The notes under the pieces were generated by a model. It was given only the letters and a program-made list of their open reading frames with translations, was not told the DNA's origin and did no database searches. This document shows, one piece after another, positions 53,494 to 64,000 of a stretch of DNA of 64,000 nt. Within the stretch, counting starts at the first letter, position 1; every line of letters starts with the position of its first letter. Made by a program: the position numbers and the translations under genes. This DNA is from Bugula neritina (Eukaryota; Animalia; Bryozoa), in NCBI GenBank assembly GCA_964035545.1, contig OZ037768.1:3442741-3506740 (forward strand), read 5' to 3'.

Positions 53494-53819
53494 CTTTACA
53501 CTGGAATTTTGAATTTATTTTTCAGATAATAATGATTATAGCAACCATGTGATTTACATTTCTCTCATCTCTGGTTCTACTACCACCAGAAAACTACTTG
53601 TTATTTGTTACTTATATCAAGCTTGCGTAGCTATTTTTCAATTATGACATTATGTCATCATATGACAGGCCCATATAGTACACATCTAATCACTGCTATC
53701 AGCTATATATACTGGGAGATAAGCAAAGGAAATAGAAAAAGATAATGTCACAAACACTATGATGTGGTACTTTAGCAGCAGATGGGCAGATAGTAGAGTT
53801 TGTAAATTCCCGTGTGAAG
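53494..53819. mobile_element. Possible MITE (imperfect terminal inverted repeats)
   Basis: Left end CTTTACACTGGAATTTTGAA versus reverse complement of right end CTTCACACGGGAATTTACAA. No internal ORF; no clear target-site duplication. Confidence 0.35.
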
Positions 53820-55049
53820 TTTTCATAGTTTTTTTTAATAAATATTTGTTGCTAATGTGATTTTTTAATTCAAATAATTATAGGATGGTGGATTTACTTA
53901 ATACTCTATAATGAATGATCAAATAATACACATCAGGTAAATCAATATAAATGTTAAGGGTATATTCTGTATAGCCCTTGTGATCTGGAAATTAAGACAC
54001 TAAATGAAAATTATGGTTTAGTTTTCTTTTACTGATAAATTTATTCAAAAAATTCATATGTTCTTATTTCTTAGTAATTAGAAAACAATTATCTCCACAT
54101 GCAGTGTTTCATAAAATAATCTCCAACACCATTGTCAGTTGCCATCACGCTACCAACCGCATTAGCATTTTAAACTACTATTTTAAATTTGCTAATAAGA
54201 ATATCTATTCCACAAACCAGTCAGGTATCAATAAAATAGGAAGTTGTCTGTTTAAACTTAGAGGCCAGCATATGAGTCTGTTTCATGTTACTTCCTTTTG
54301 CTGAAATTTGCTTAAAACCCTTATGTTATTACTTGGCTGAGATTTGTAATATTGTTGAGTCTTGGCTAAATGAAAATTTAGCAAAGTAATTCCCATTAGC
54401 AGAATTGACATGTGCAACCTTGCTTTATTATGAAGAAGTGGTTGTACCACCATTTTTATCGTGTTTATGGAGTCATAGAGAAAGAGCTTTCACTGAATAA
54501 GTTAGAGTTTGATTGAAAAAACTCTGGCTCACTAAATTTTCTAGTTGATCTGCCTCATCCAAAATGGTATGTAGTGGATTTCGAAGGCATTCTTTCATCA
54601 TGAAACATTGATTAGGTAAGAAGTATAAACAAGTGTCTAAAATGCATAACATACTTATACATGCATAGTTCAAAATGCTAAAATTCTAAATAAGTAATGT
54701 AATTTACCGCTTTGTGTGAGCAGAGTTCTTGTTTATATACAATAAATAAAGGTGTGTGTTGTGCAGGGTTGTAAACTGCATACCTATGTTTAGTATATTA
54801 TATATACAACCAATGCTAACAAGTAATCAATGATAGCTTCTTATAATGATGATGGAATCAATACAAGTGGGTAGAGCTTACTGTTCACAACCATAATACA
54901 TGACATTATATAGGATACATCACGAGGCTGTTGCAGTATTTTTAGCTCTTTTAATGCACATTAACAGCTGTTGCTCAAATAACCGAATATAATTTGCATA
55001 TAATATTGTTACAGACTGTAGACCATGTTTCACTCGCCAGTGTCTATCC

Positions 55050-56757
55050 ATGCTTCGAGCAGCAACTAGAAGGCACGGACCTCGTGACTTGTTCTACGAG
55101 GCAAGATGGTGCATCATTGCACAAGTGTAAGTGTGCTTATATTATTATTATAGCTTGTTTATAAATAGCAAGTATGCCTATATTATTATAGGTCCTTTAT
55201 AAATAGTAAGTGAACAAGGGCCGAGGTTGATACAAAGGTATGAACTTTATTAGAGTTTATAGGTTTGACTGTCTTCAAAAATATTCCCCATTCAAAACAT
55301 TTGGACTTTGTTTTCACTGCATGTATAGAGTCAGAACTTTACTCTGTCAAATGTGTTATTGCATAAATTACTCATGCATTTAGTAAAAGTTTCCTATCTG
55401 TGATGAAGTTTTGCTGAAAGGATTTTGCTGAGCTGGGGAGAAATTCAAAGTACACAAAAGCAACTGTAATTTAGTACCCTTCTTGACAAAGCTAATAATA
55501 TTTGAGAACATTTAACATCTAACTGATATTCCTCACAACTCACCACTTCCAATAAATATCTTAGCATAGGATCAAGTCTCTAATGGCTAGCTAGTGTATA
55601 TAATTATAATTTTATTCTTGAAAATTTCTAGTGCACAAATCAAGTTCCAAAGAAACCAAGTTACATTTACCCCATCACCCATAAAACCAGTTTCAATTTA
55701 TAAAACATTAGAATATTTTGGTTGTCCTTCACCTTGATTGTCATTGGAAAGATATCAGCTCCATTAGCCACCACTGGGTTGGCATTGATTTCTAATTTTG
55801 AACGTCGGATTTTACAGAGCAATGAGGACATATTAACATGTCCTCCTTACACACATTGAAATCTTGGTATACTTTGCATGTTGAATTATTGCAGAGTAGT
55901 GCAAAAGGTACGAATTAAATGGACAATATTCTTCCACGGGATATTATTCGCAGTGGCCTTATTTCGAGTATGTGTTTTGGATTTACTACCTAATAGAAGA
56001 GAACTAATACTACTCCAACTTGGTGATTACGTGTCACAAACCGAGAGCTGGGAATATGCTTGGCTCTTCTCCATAACTGCATCAATTCTATCCACTCGAG
56101 CTATATGCTGCAATAAGCCTACAGCTTTACTCTTAGCTTCAACAAGTAAGTGAACCTTCTTTTATCATCCACTTCACTCCAAATGATCATTAATATGAGT
56201 CAAAATACCAAGTTGATAAAAACAAATTTTCAACTGTAAGAATCCCAAAAAATCAATTAAAATTATGCTCCAAGACTTAAAAAACAAAAGCTCTAAAGCA
56301 TGGTAAATACAAACATATTGCTATGTAAACTGTGGTATGAATATCATGAAGTAGTATTAGGTGAATAGTTATTGCTAATGTGAAACTTCTGAAAATCACT
56401 GTAAGATGTTGATTGCTTAAAGGCAAACAATTTTTCATTTTAGGTAATTTCGTATTTGGCTTGCTGCCATTGGCTTATGGAATTTGGGACAATGGGCCAG
56501 AGTTACTTTCCCGTATTCAGCATCACAAAATTCTTGGAAATTTCTTCCTAGTTGATAACGATGTGTTAACAAACGCAACAACAAAAATGGCCAACACAAC
56601 AGAGAATTTGGTGACCAGTGACTCGACATTTACTGTACTCCAATACTATTGGATAAGTCTGTGCCTGCAAGTTCACCTATTCCAAATACTGTTTGCACAG
56701 CAGCTTCGGAAAATACTATTGTCAGTGAACACTAAGAGATTCTATAAGTCATTGTAG
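55050..56757 (+). CDS. Jagunal/JAGN1-like four-TM ER membrane protein, divergent; N-terminus uncertain
   Basis: Exons ~55050 (or acceptor 55015)-55126, 55895-56145, 56444-56757. Motifs IKWTIFFH, WEYAWLFS, N..ALL, FGLLPLAYG and LCLQVHLFQILFAQQL parallel recalled JAGN1 motifs (IKKLIYVH, WEYPYLLS, FSIAPLIYG, LAVQVHAWQLYYSKKL). Confidence 0.78.
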
Positions 56758-57127
56758 TCATGGAAACAAACCAGAGTTGTCTGCCCTGAGTTCAAACCAT
56801 CAACTGTGCTCGAAATGACACATCACTTTGATTTTCAATAGTCTCAATAAACACTTAGCAACCAACAACAGCTCATATGCTTACTAATAGAAAGTCTATA
56901 ATTTATTGTAAAAATCAATTTGCTTCTTAAATGACATTAGCATTAGTTCATTTAGTCATAGTTTACGTTTAAAATATCAGCTAATAATATGTAGTTCAAC
57001 TGACAACATGAACACAAGTTTGAGCTGATTTCTCCCACATACACACATGATACAATGATATGTGTGTAGCCAGGTTACAATCCAGTAGAATGAGTGTTTG
57101 CAACCAGTAGTGGACACCCATTTGCAA

Positions 57128-60100
57128 CTACCTCCTTCTACGAGGAGGGGCGTGTGTAGCAGCAGGAAATTTGAGAGGAGCTGTGAGTTGGAGGATTATT
57201 TCAGGCACCTGTGCTTTTCTGTTCATTTTTGCTTTACAACCCATGGCTTTCGCCAGATCACATATTCTATGAACATAAAGCAAAACTTTATGACTAAAAT
57301 TGAAATGCTTATGATACTTTCGAATTAAAGAATATATGTGTGATTCACTATTATAGATCACAATATTTGCTAATGGCAAATAACAATATCTATTTCCTGA
57401 AGCTATTTCCATTAGTACGTTCTGCGTCAAAACAAAAATATAATATTTCGTACTCAATATAGTTATAAATTATACACAGTAGCCTATAATACGAAAACAT
57501 ACACCACATTGCTATGCTACAACTATGACATCTTCCCAATTATTTTAAAATCTTCAGTCTTCAACAAATTATTTACTCACTTTTTACCACCAACTTTAAG
57601 ATCAGCCATGAGTTTGTTACAGCAGAATGAGTTGTTCTCAAGACGCAGTGCCAGAAGCAGTATAGTAATGAGCGCCTTGTCTTTCAGCCTTTGTGGAAAA
57701 GCCCTGACAAAACCATGCCAGAATTATAATAACTAAACTGAAAGTTGTAGTCTTCTACATCTGTAATGTCTAGTTCTACTTTCGGTTAATTAAGCTGTGC
57801 ATACATAGTACAGCATATACTAAACTCAATACTATATTGGCAATGCTGTTTGCATAGTAAGCAATACCATGAAAAATAACTAATTAGATTACGAAATTTA
57901 AAACTTCTACTTAAATCACTGAAACTGCATTTGAAGTAAGTCATTTAGACAGTAATTGTTGAATATTGATTTTTAAAATAATTCCTTATTCCTGTTGACT
58001 GTAGCTATGCTGAAAGTGTGGTGAGAAACTGATTTTTAAAACGGCAACTTTGACGAGTTACTTTTATGATGAAGAAAACTGGGTAAAAGTATCTCCTCAA
58101 CTAAATTCACTTTTACTAAAAATTTTGAAGCCTTAAACGCACATTACTTAATGTGCTCGTTCAAATAGTAGAAACCCAAAGCTTGATGAGACAACTCCCA
58201 ATAACATTCAATTGTACACACAGCACATATAAGGAAGACAGTAATGTGTTGTGTAGTATAAAGCTTCTCATGAGTTTGTTAATTAAGGTACATGCTTCAA
58301 AGAGAAACAATATAAATCAGTTATACCAACCTGTGTTTACCTGCTTTCACAGTATAAGTATTAAGAAGATGGTCAAAGCATGAACCTGGCATTTGATATA
58401 AACTTTCGTTGTCTTGTGAAGAAAAAGGATCTACAAACAGTAAAGTCCTATATGTTTATACTCTGTGAGAACCCCTGATTAGTAGGGCATTTTTTAAGCA
58501 GGCTAAGGACTTGTTTTCCATTGTGGTAGTGTAGTATTTACAACTGAATACCCTCCCTAACATCGCCAATGGCCTTCACTGGGATTTGAACCCATGACCT
58601 TGTGTTTACTAAGCCAGCGCTCTAACCACTAGACAGCAGCTGCTTCTTTTTACACAGTAAACAGCAGATAAAATTTTACATTCAAGCAAAAGCAATAACA
58701 GCAAAAAATTAACCTGCTTTATTTATAATGAAAAATTAAATGAGAAAAAAAATGTATATATGGAGACTCACCTTTTTGTTTGAGGTCAATAGATTTAAAT
58801 GCGTGCAGTCGCAAAAGGAAAAGCAGGTATTTTATATACACTGAGGTCTTTCTTCGAGGAAATTCTTCCAACGGGAGTTTCTCTAACTGAGTCAGAATAA
58901 ACTCCGGGTACCTGCAAACAGTGGAACAAATAATACAACAGCCAAAATACATAGAATATTGATATCAACAAATCTTGTTAAAAGTAGGCAAATAGCACAT
59001 TATCATGTAGTGCAGAAAAATAGCAGCTCCCAACAAAATATTTTTGAAATCAAAATTATTTATGCAGCTAACATATTACATAAAAAGTCACTATATAAAT
59101 AAGGATAAAATTAAATACAAACTGTAATATCAAATATTGGTTATAAATTACAATCTTATGACTAAAAGTTTTATACGTATTTAAGCGATCAAAATAATTA
59201 CCGTTTGCTACTTTTCCATTCTGCTAAAGTACTTGCATCACATACAAAATCATCAACAAATTCTTCCAAATCTTTTCTGATGTATTCTGGGAAATCTATA
59301 TCGGCAAGTCAAGGGAAAACCAACACTTAGCACCAACTAATAATAATTTTAAAGTTCAAATAACAAACTTTAGTACATTTAACTGAAAGCTGATTCAATT
59401 ATAATTTCTGCATCAAACAAAATTATTGAACAAATTCTTTTTGAATAAGAAGCATAGGTTTCGCAAAGGTTTTGGATAAAAAATTTCATGAAAACCAGCT
59501 TATACAAGTTCTATAAAAAGGATACAGCCTTCTAGAGGGTAACAATTATCAGGGTTGGTTGTCTCTGTGTCATGTGGTGGGAGAATATCTTCTTCAGTAG
59601 CTACAACATTATTTACTCATTATATGTGAGAAAATAACTCCATGTAGATGATAGGTTCAAGTGACATCAAGTGAGCATTGTTGAAAACTACAAAGTAATA
59701 TCCATATACATATTTTCGCATATATCAGTATGATAGTTAGTAAATATTAGTGCTGAGCTGGTATTAGCATTGACAGACCAAATACTGGCTCAGCACTAAC
59801 GTGGATGCAATGAGAACCTGTTTTGACAGGAGTTTCCACAGTGCTGGAGTCAGTGACTGAAATATCCTCCACATTAGCAGAGTCGAGGGCAGCATTTATC
59901 ATGTCCTGGTCCAGACCATGCCTCTTTCTTTTCATTACTCTTTGCTTCTGCTTTGCACCTCCAAACGCTTCTATTAAACTGTCATTCTACAGTGCAACCT
60001 GATCAGTACAATTATTGCATCTACATGGCTGGATTACAAGCCAATAGTATAAAGTATTCGTAAAACTATAATGTCTATTTTATTCTGTATATCATCTAAC

Positions 60101-61289
60101 AAGCCTATATTTAGAATAAAATAAAAAAGCTTATAAATTGTAGCAAATACAAACTTCTTCAAGCTGAAGAACTGCGTCATATGAAAACACATATATTATC
60201 ACACAACAACGCTTATTAAACATACTATAATTCAAAATTTAACTTGCCATCAAATATAAATTGCAATTAAATTGTGACTGGCTGCAGTTCTTAGCTTCCT
60301 TAGTTAGTTCAGCAGTTTTCTTTCTTTTCAATATTGGATCTGTTGTAATAATTTGAAATTACCTGCTCTTGTTTGGACTTCTTCGGTGGTTCTATCCATT
60401 CATCTGGCTCTTGGCCAAGACTGACGGCAGGGCGAAGTCTCACTCTTTTTAGTGGAACCAGAGTCATTTCCCCTGATTCAACATCTTCAACGCCAATATA
60501 TTTACCATCATCCCTAACATAAAATCAGCAAAAAATCAATGAAACAGTATACACTCACTACATCGAAGAGCCAACGAATTTAAAACTGAGAAGACGTGAT
60601 GACATTCATTTTTTACTAATAGTTTATTTGTTCACCTTGTAGACTGATCATAATCTCCAGCATACTCCATATCTCCAGCTTTTACAACCTGCAGGAAGAA
60701 AACTCCATAATTATTATTGATTTAAACAAAGTAATTCAAAAAAGTAACACAAATAGAACTAAAAAATACAGTCTTTCTATTTGCTACAAATCAAAGTTTA
60801 AAAAAAGCATTTTAATTCTTGGTTTAAAATAAATTGAAGCAGAATTAAAATCAGTGAAAATACTTACCAATTTGTGTAATCGTTCGGAATGCTTGCATTT
60901 CAAAACTCTTGCTGAAACTGTATTGTATGCACTAGGGTCCAGCAGTCCGTTAGTAAAACTCACTATCAAAATCATACTAACAAATATTGAACACCTAACA
61001 CAATGACTGACTCAATACATTTTCAATCTGATTATCAAATATAGCACTTGTTGAACTAAGTGAATTTTTTTTATCTTATCTAAATTTAAAAATCCATGAG
61101 TTATATTGATATAAATCTTTATTAAGATAATAAAATTATTCACACTAAAATAACAAAAGGATAGGTTTTTCCAATACAAAATGAATTTTTATTCTAAAGA
61201 ATATAAAGAGTAGTTATAATCTCACCAGAAAATAATGGCTTTAAATCATCAGTGTTCTTTGTAACAGCCCTAACTGTTTTTGATGTCAT
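57128..61289 (-). CDS. POLR1E: RNA polymerase I subunit RPA49/PAF53 homolog, 11 exons, ~400 aa
   Basis: Exons 61226-61289, 60868-60962, 60636-60688, 60363-60513, 59818-59986, 59526-59600, 59202-59295, 58772-58911, 58331-58430, 57581-57703, 57128-57266 (1203 nt, in frame). Motifs VSFTNG, DSLIEAFGGAKQK, LPPHD..P..CYPLE, LKDKALITILLLAL..DLK, LAKAMG and LTAPLKFP..RRRR match recalled RPA49/PAF53 features (VQFSNG, DSCIEAFGTTKQK, LPPCYDDA.KPEDVY). Confidence 0.9.
58441..58643 (-). mobile_element. tRNA-derived SINE in POLR1E intron 8
   Basis: The minus strand of 58571-58643 reads GCAGCTGCTGTCTAGTGGTTAGAGCGCTGGCTTAGTAAACACAAGGTCATGGGTTCAAATCCCAGTGAAGGCC. It has A-box and B-box (GGTTCAAATCC) and a tRNA-Thr(AGT)-like loop, but the anticodon stem does not pair. 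A non-tRNA body follows (GGCGATGTTAGGGAGGGTATTCAGTTGTAAA...) ending GGACTTTACT. The 3' boundary is approximate. Confidence 0.72.
59296..59525 (-). other. U12-type (minor spliceosome) GT-AG intron in POLR1E, phase 1
   Basis: Donor T|GTATCCTTTTT. Branch site TTTTCCCTTGAC (59308-59319) has its A 13 nt from the TAG acceptor, with no long polypyrimidine tract. Frame is restored (YPLEG-Y-FPEY). Confidence 0.9.
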
Positions 61290-62039
61290 ATTGTGAACCT
61301 AACTGAAAACAATATAACTCATTAATTTCCTGTATGTAATCTAGAAGAGAAAGAAAGAAGCCTACAATTACAATAATAGTAGCAAGACCAGGGGACAATA
61401 TTCACATAGATGATAGCTGGTCATTATTGTAGCAATGTAGCTTATAATAACACTCATTAAAACATGTGTTAAATTAGTACTTTAATCAACATAATTTTGT
61501 TTTAATTAATTTCTCATAATGCCAATAATATTGCTTTTCTCGAACATATTGTGTTTGCGAACTCCTGTTTCAGCACTATCTTTGCACATTCATGTTATGG
61601 CCTGCCTCTGCACATCAAAATAAATTTTTTTTTAGTATAAAGAAAATTTAGAATAGATTTACCAAGCTAGCTTTAAACACAAGAATTTGCAGATGCAATA
61701 TTGCGGAGCTACATAAGCAATGTTGGACACAGGACATGTAGTTCCTAGACCAACTAAAGCATAAACTAATTAATAAATTTATATCAACTGAAAAAGTATG
61801 AATAATATAAATATTAATTATAAAATAATAATTGATTATTATTATAATATTATTAATGTTGACCTTCATCCTAACAGAGGAAATAAAAACTAAAAATAAA
61901 ATTAAATCAAAGAAAATTGCATAATATAAATATTCAAATTGATAATGATAAAGTTAAACTCAAACTATCTGAGAAGTAAAACCAAAAGGTATTGATTTTG
62001 AGCTGAAACTGCTCTTTTATCAGAACACTATGACCATCA

Positions 62040-63570
62040 ATAATCAACATGAATATGATGATTTTCAAATACCAAGTCTATTACTATTAGTATTAATAAT
62101 AATATTATAGTAATACTAATAGTAATACTAATAGTAATACTAATAGTAATACTAATAGTGATAACTGTTAAGTAATAATTATTTTAGTATAAACTAATAC
62201 TAAGTCTAATGTCTAATACTAATAGTAATAGATCTAACTCTTGTTTTATAAAATAAGAGTAATTACTAATTACTAATTACTATTAGTATTAGTAATTACA
62301 GTCTACAGAATAAAACATAGGGATAATGATAGTCAAAATTATTCAATATACGTCACCATGACCATAATGATTATAATTTAGAAATTAAAATAATCTAACT
62401 ATGATCACTACTTCACGTTTTTGTTGATCATACTCATAGTAATAAGATTAACTTCAACTCAGTAGACTAGTTAGTGTGAGTGCATCTTCCTATTTGAATT
62501 TTATAAAACGCACGTGGGTTATTCCGATAGTACTGGTTCTGAGTAACTGTAGTGCATCTCAGAATAATTCTTATATACTCAGTAATTTTATATGCTAGCT
62601 AAGGCTAAAAATAATATTGCTATACAGGAAGCGCTGTATCGCAAAGAGCGTATTCATTTGCGCGGATCGCTTTCATAAAGCGTAATTGTCTTCACCCAAT
62701 AAATACGTGACGCCGTAAACCGATTGAAACAAGTTTTTGGGTCAAATATTCACTCACACTGACACTGAACTATGCTAGTAAATTGAGCATTGGAGGCTAC
62801 TCAGCGTTACGCTAAATTAGAGTCAGTTACGGTCATATAGCTGCACTGTTAATAGTAATAAGCTCAGTCAATACTAATAGTAGTAGACTTAGTCTTACTT
62901 TTACGGTTACTGTTACTGTTAGTGTTAGTGTTAGTGTTACACTTAATCTTAATTCTTATGAGTTATGGCTTACTGTTACTCAGTTACTGTTAGACTTAGT
63001 GTTAGACAAGTTTAGTCTTACAGTATGAGTATGGCTATGACTATGGGTATCACTCTCTCACGATCAGTATGACTATCACTATGATTATGAGTTATGACTA
63101 TGAAGTATGAGTCGTCTCATGGTGATGGTGATGGTCATTCACTTCATTGTGATTGTATTTGTCATACCGACTCCGAGTACTCATTATGATTATGATTATG
63201 ATGATCACTATATCACAAAATAAAAATGTGAATCACATTCAGCTTCACAGTCAATGTATTTGTAATATATTTATAATCATAATGATAAGCACTATAATCA
63301 GACATTAGACTTAGTAGCTATAACTATAATACTAATAGTGATCATATTGATATTCATAATGATAATCATTATTCATTAGTTTAAAGATAAATTTAAGATA
63401 AGTGTCAGTATGATAATCAAATTAATATTGTTAGTATAAGTATAAGTATTAATTTGATTTTATAGTTAATAGTTACTGTTGGTAAGTTACTATTACACTT
63501 ATAGTAATACTAATACTAATAGTAATACTGATATTCTAATATTAATGAACTAATAGTAATGAACTAATAG
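62040..63570. repeat. Period-6 low-complexity tracts flanking a CpG-richer core (~62500-62840)
   Basis: ACTAAT/AGTAAT/GACTAT/AGTGTT-type hexamer runs. Similar tracts occur at ~30640-31320, 31790-32040, 42590-43050, 43550-44170 and 51500-51800. Confidence 0.8.
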
Positions 63571-64000
63571 TGATGGTATAAAATTATTTTGTTTCAAATC
63601 TATTTTAAGATTGATAATAAACTATTATCATATATTTAAGATATAAATATTTATATTATATATTAAATTAAATATTTAGATTAAATTTAATTTATTTTAG
63701 AATATTTTTACTCATAGTGTAAGTTTTCCTGTGTTCAGTACTGTCATTGTGGTGTGATTATAGCATTATATTTATTGGCTATGCTTATTTAAATATTTTG
63801 ATTATAATGATGGTTTTGTACTTATAACTCAAGTGTAGTACTAGTTTAATAAAAATGTAAAAATAACTGTCAAAATTACATCACAATGAACTAATGTAGT
63901 AAATAAAAGGGCTGTGTAACATCTCTAGTAATAAGATATGACTGTATTCAATAAGCCTATAGAGAGATTAGAAATACAGTTTCAATAACAAGAAAAAGTC

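Noticed and set aside
58571-58643. Functional tRNA-Thr(AGT) gene
   Set aside because: Anticodon and acceptor stems pair poorly, there is no immediate T-run terminator, and it continues into a SINE-like body.
60559-60585. 27-nt cassette (cag|...|gtgagt) in POLR1E intron 3 that would create a TAG at the junction (poison exon)
   Set aside because: Flanking introns would be only ~50 and ~45 nt, and the neighbouring exons already join in frame; unsupported without reads.

Overview
Eukaryotic, AT-rich, intron-dense animal genomic DNA. It is an invertebrate; the compositional style suggests a spiralian such as a bryozoan, but that is unverified. I reconstructed seven spliced protein-coding genes by hand from splice signals and recalled homology: SPG11/spatacsin (-, about 48 coding exons, 3685-29799), NGLY1/PNGase (+, 12 exons), an ARM-TIR-SAM protein that retains the catalytic-type Glu (-, 9 exons), ARL8 (+, 6 exons), RAB43/RAB19 (-, 4 exons), a divergent Jagunal/JAGN1-like gene (+) and POLR1E/RPA49 (-, 11 exons). 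The genes alternate strand, forming divergent and convergent pairs. Non-coding highlights: two U12-type (minor spliceosome) introns, a probable GC-AG intron, many minisatellites and short duplications at splice junctions, period-6 low-complexity tracts concentrated at gene 5' ends, a CLEAR/M-box pair before ARL8, a tRNA-derived SINE abutting a 3' splice site, a 5'-truncated CR1/L2-type LINE and a ~195-bp dispersed duplication. No prokaryotic features or CRISPR arrays. The best candidate for novel biology is the domain-permuted SARM1-like ARM-TIR-SAM gene. All homology calls are from recalled sequences, not database searches.
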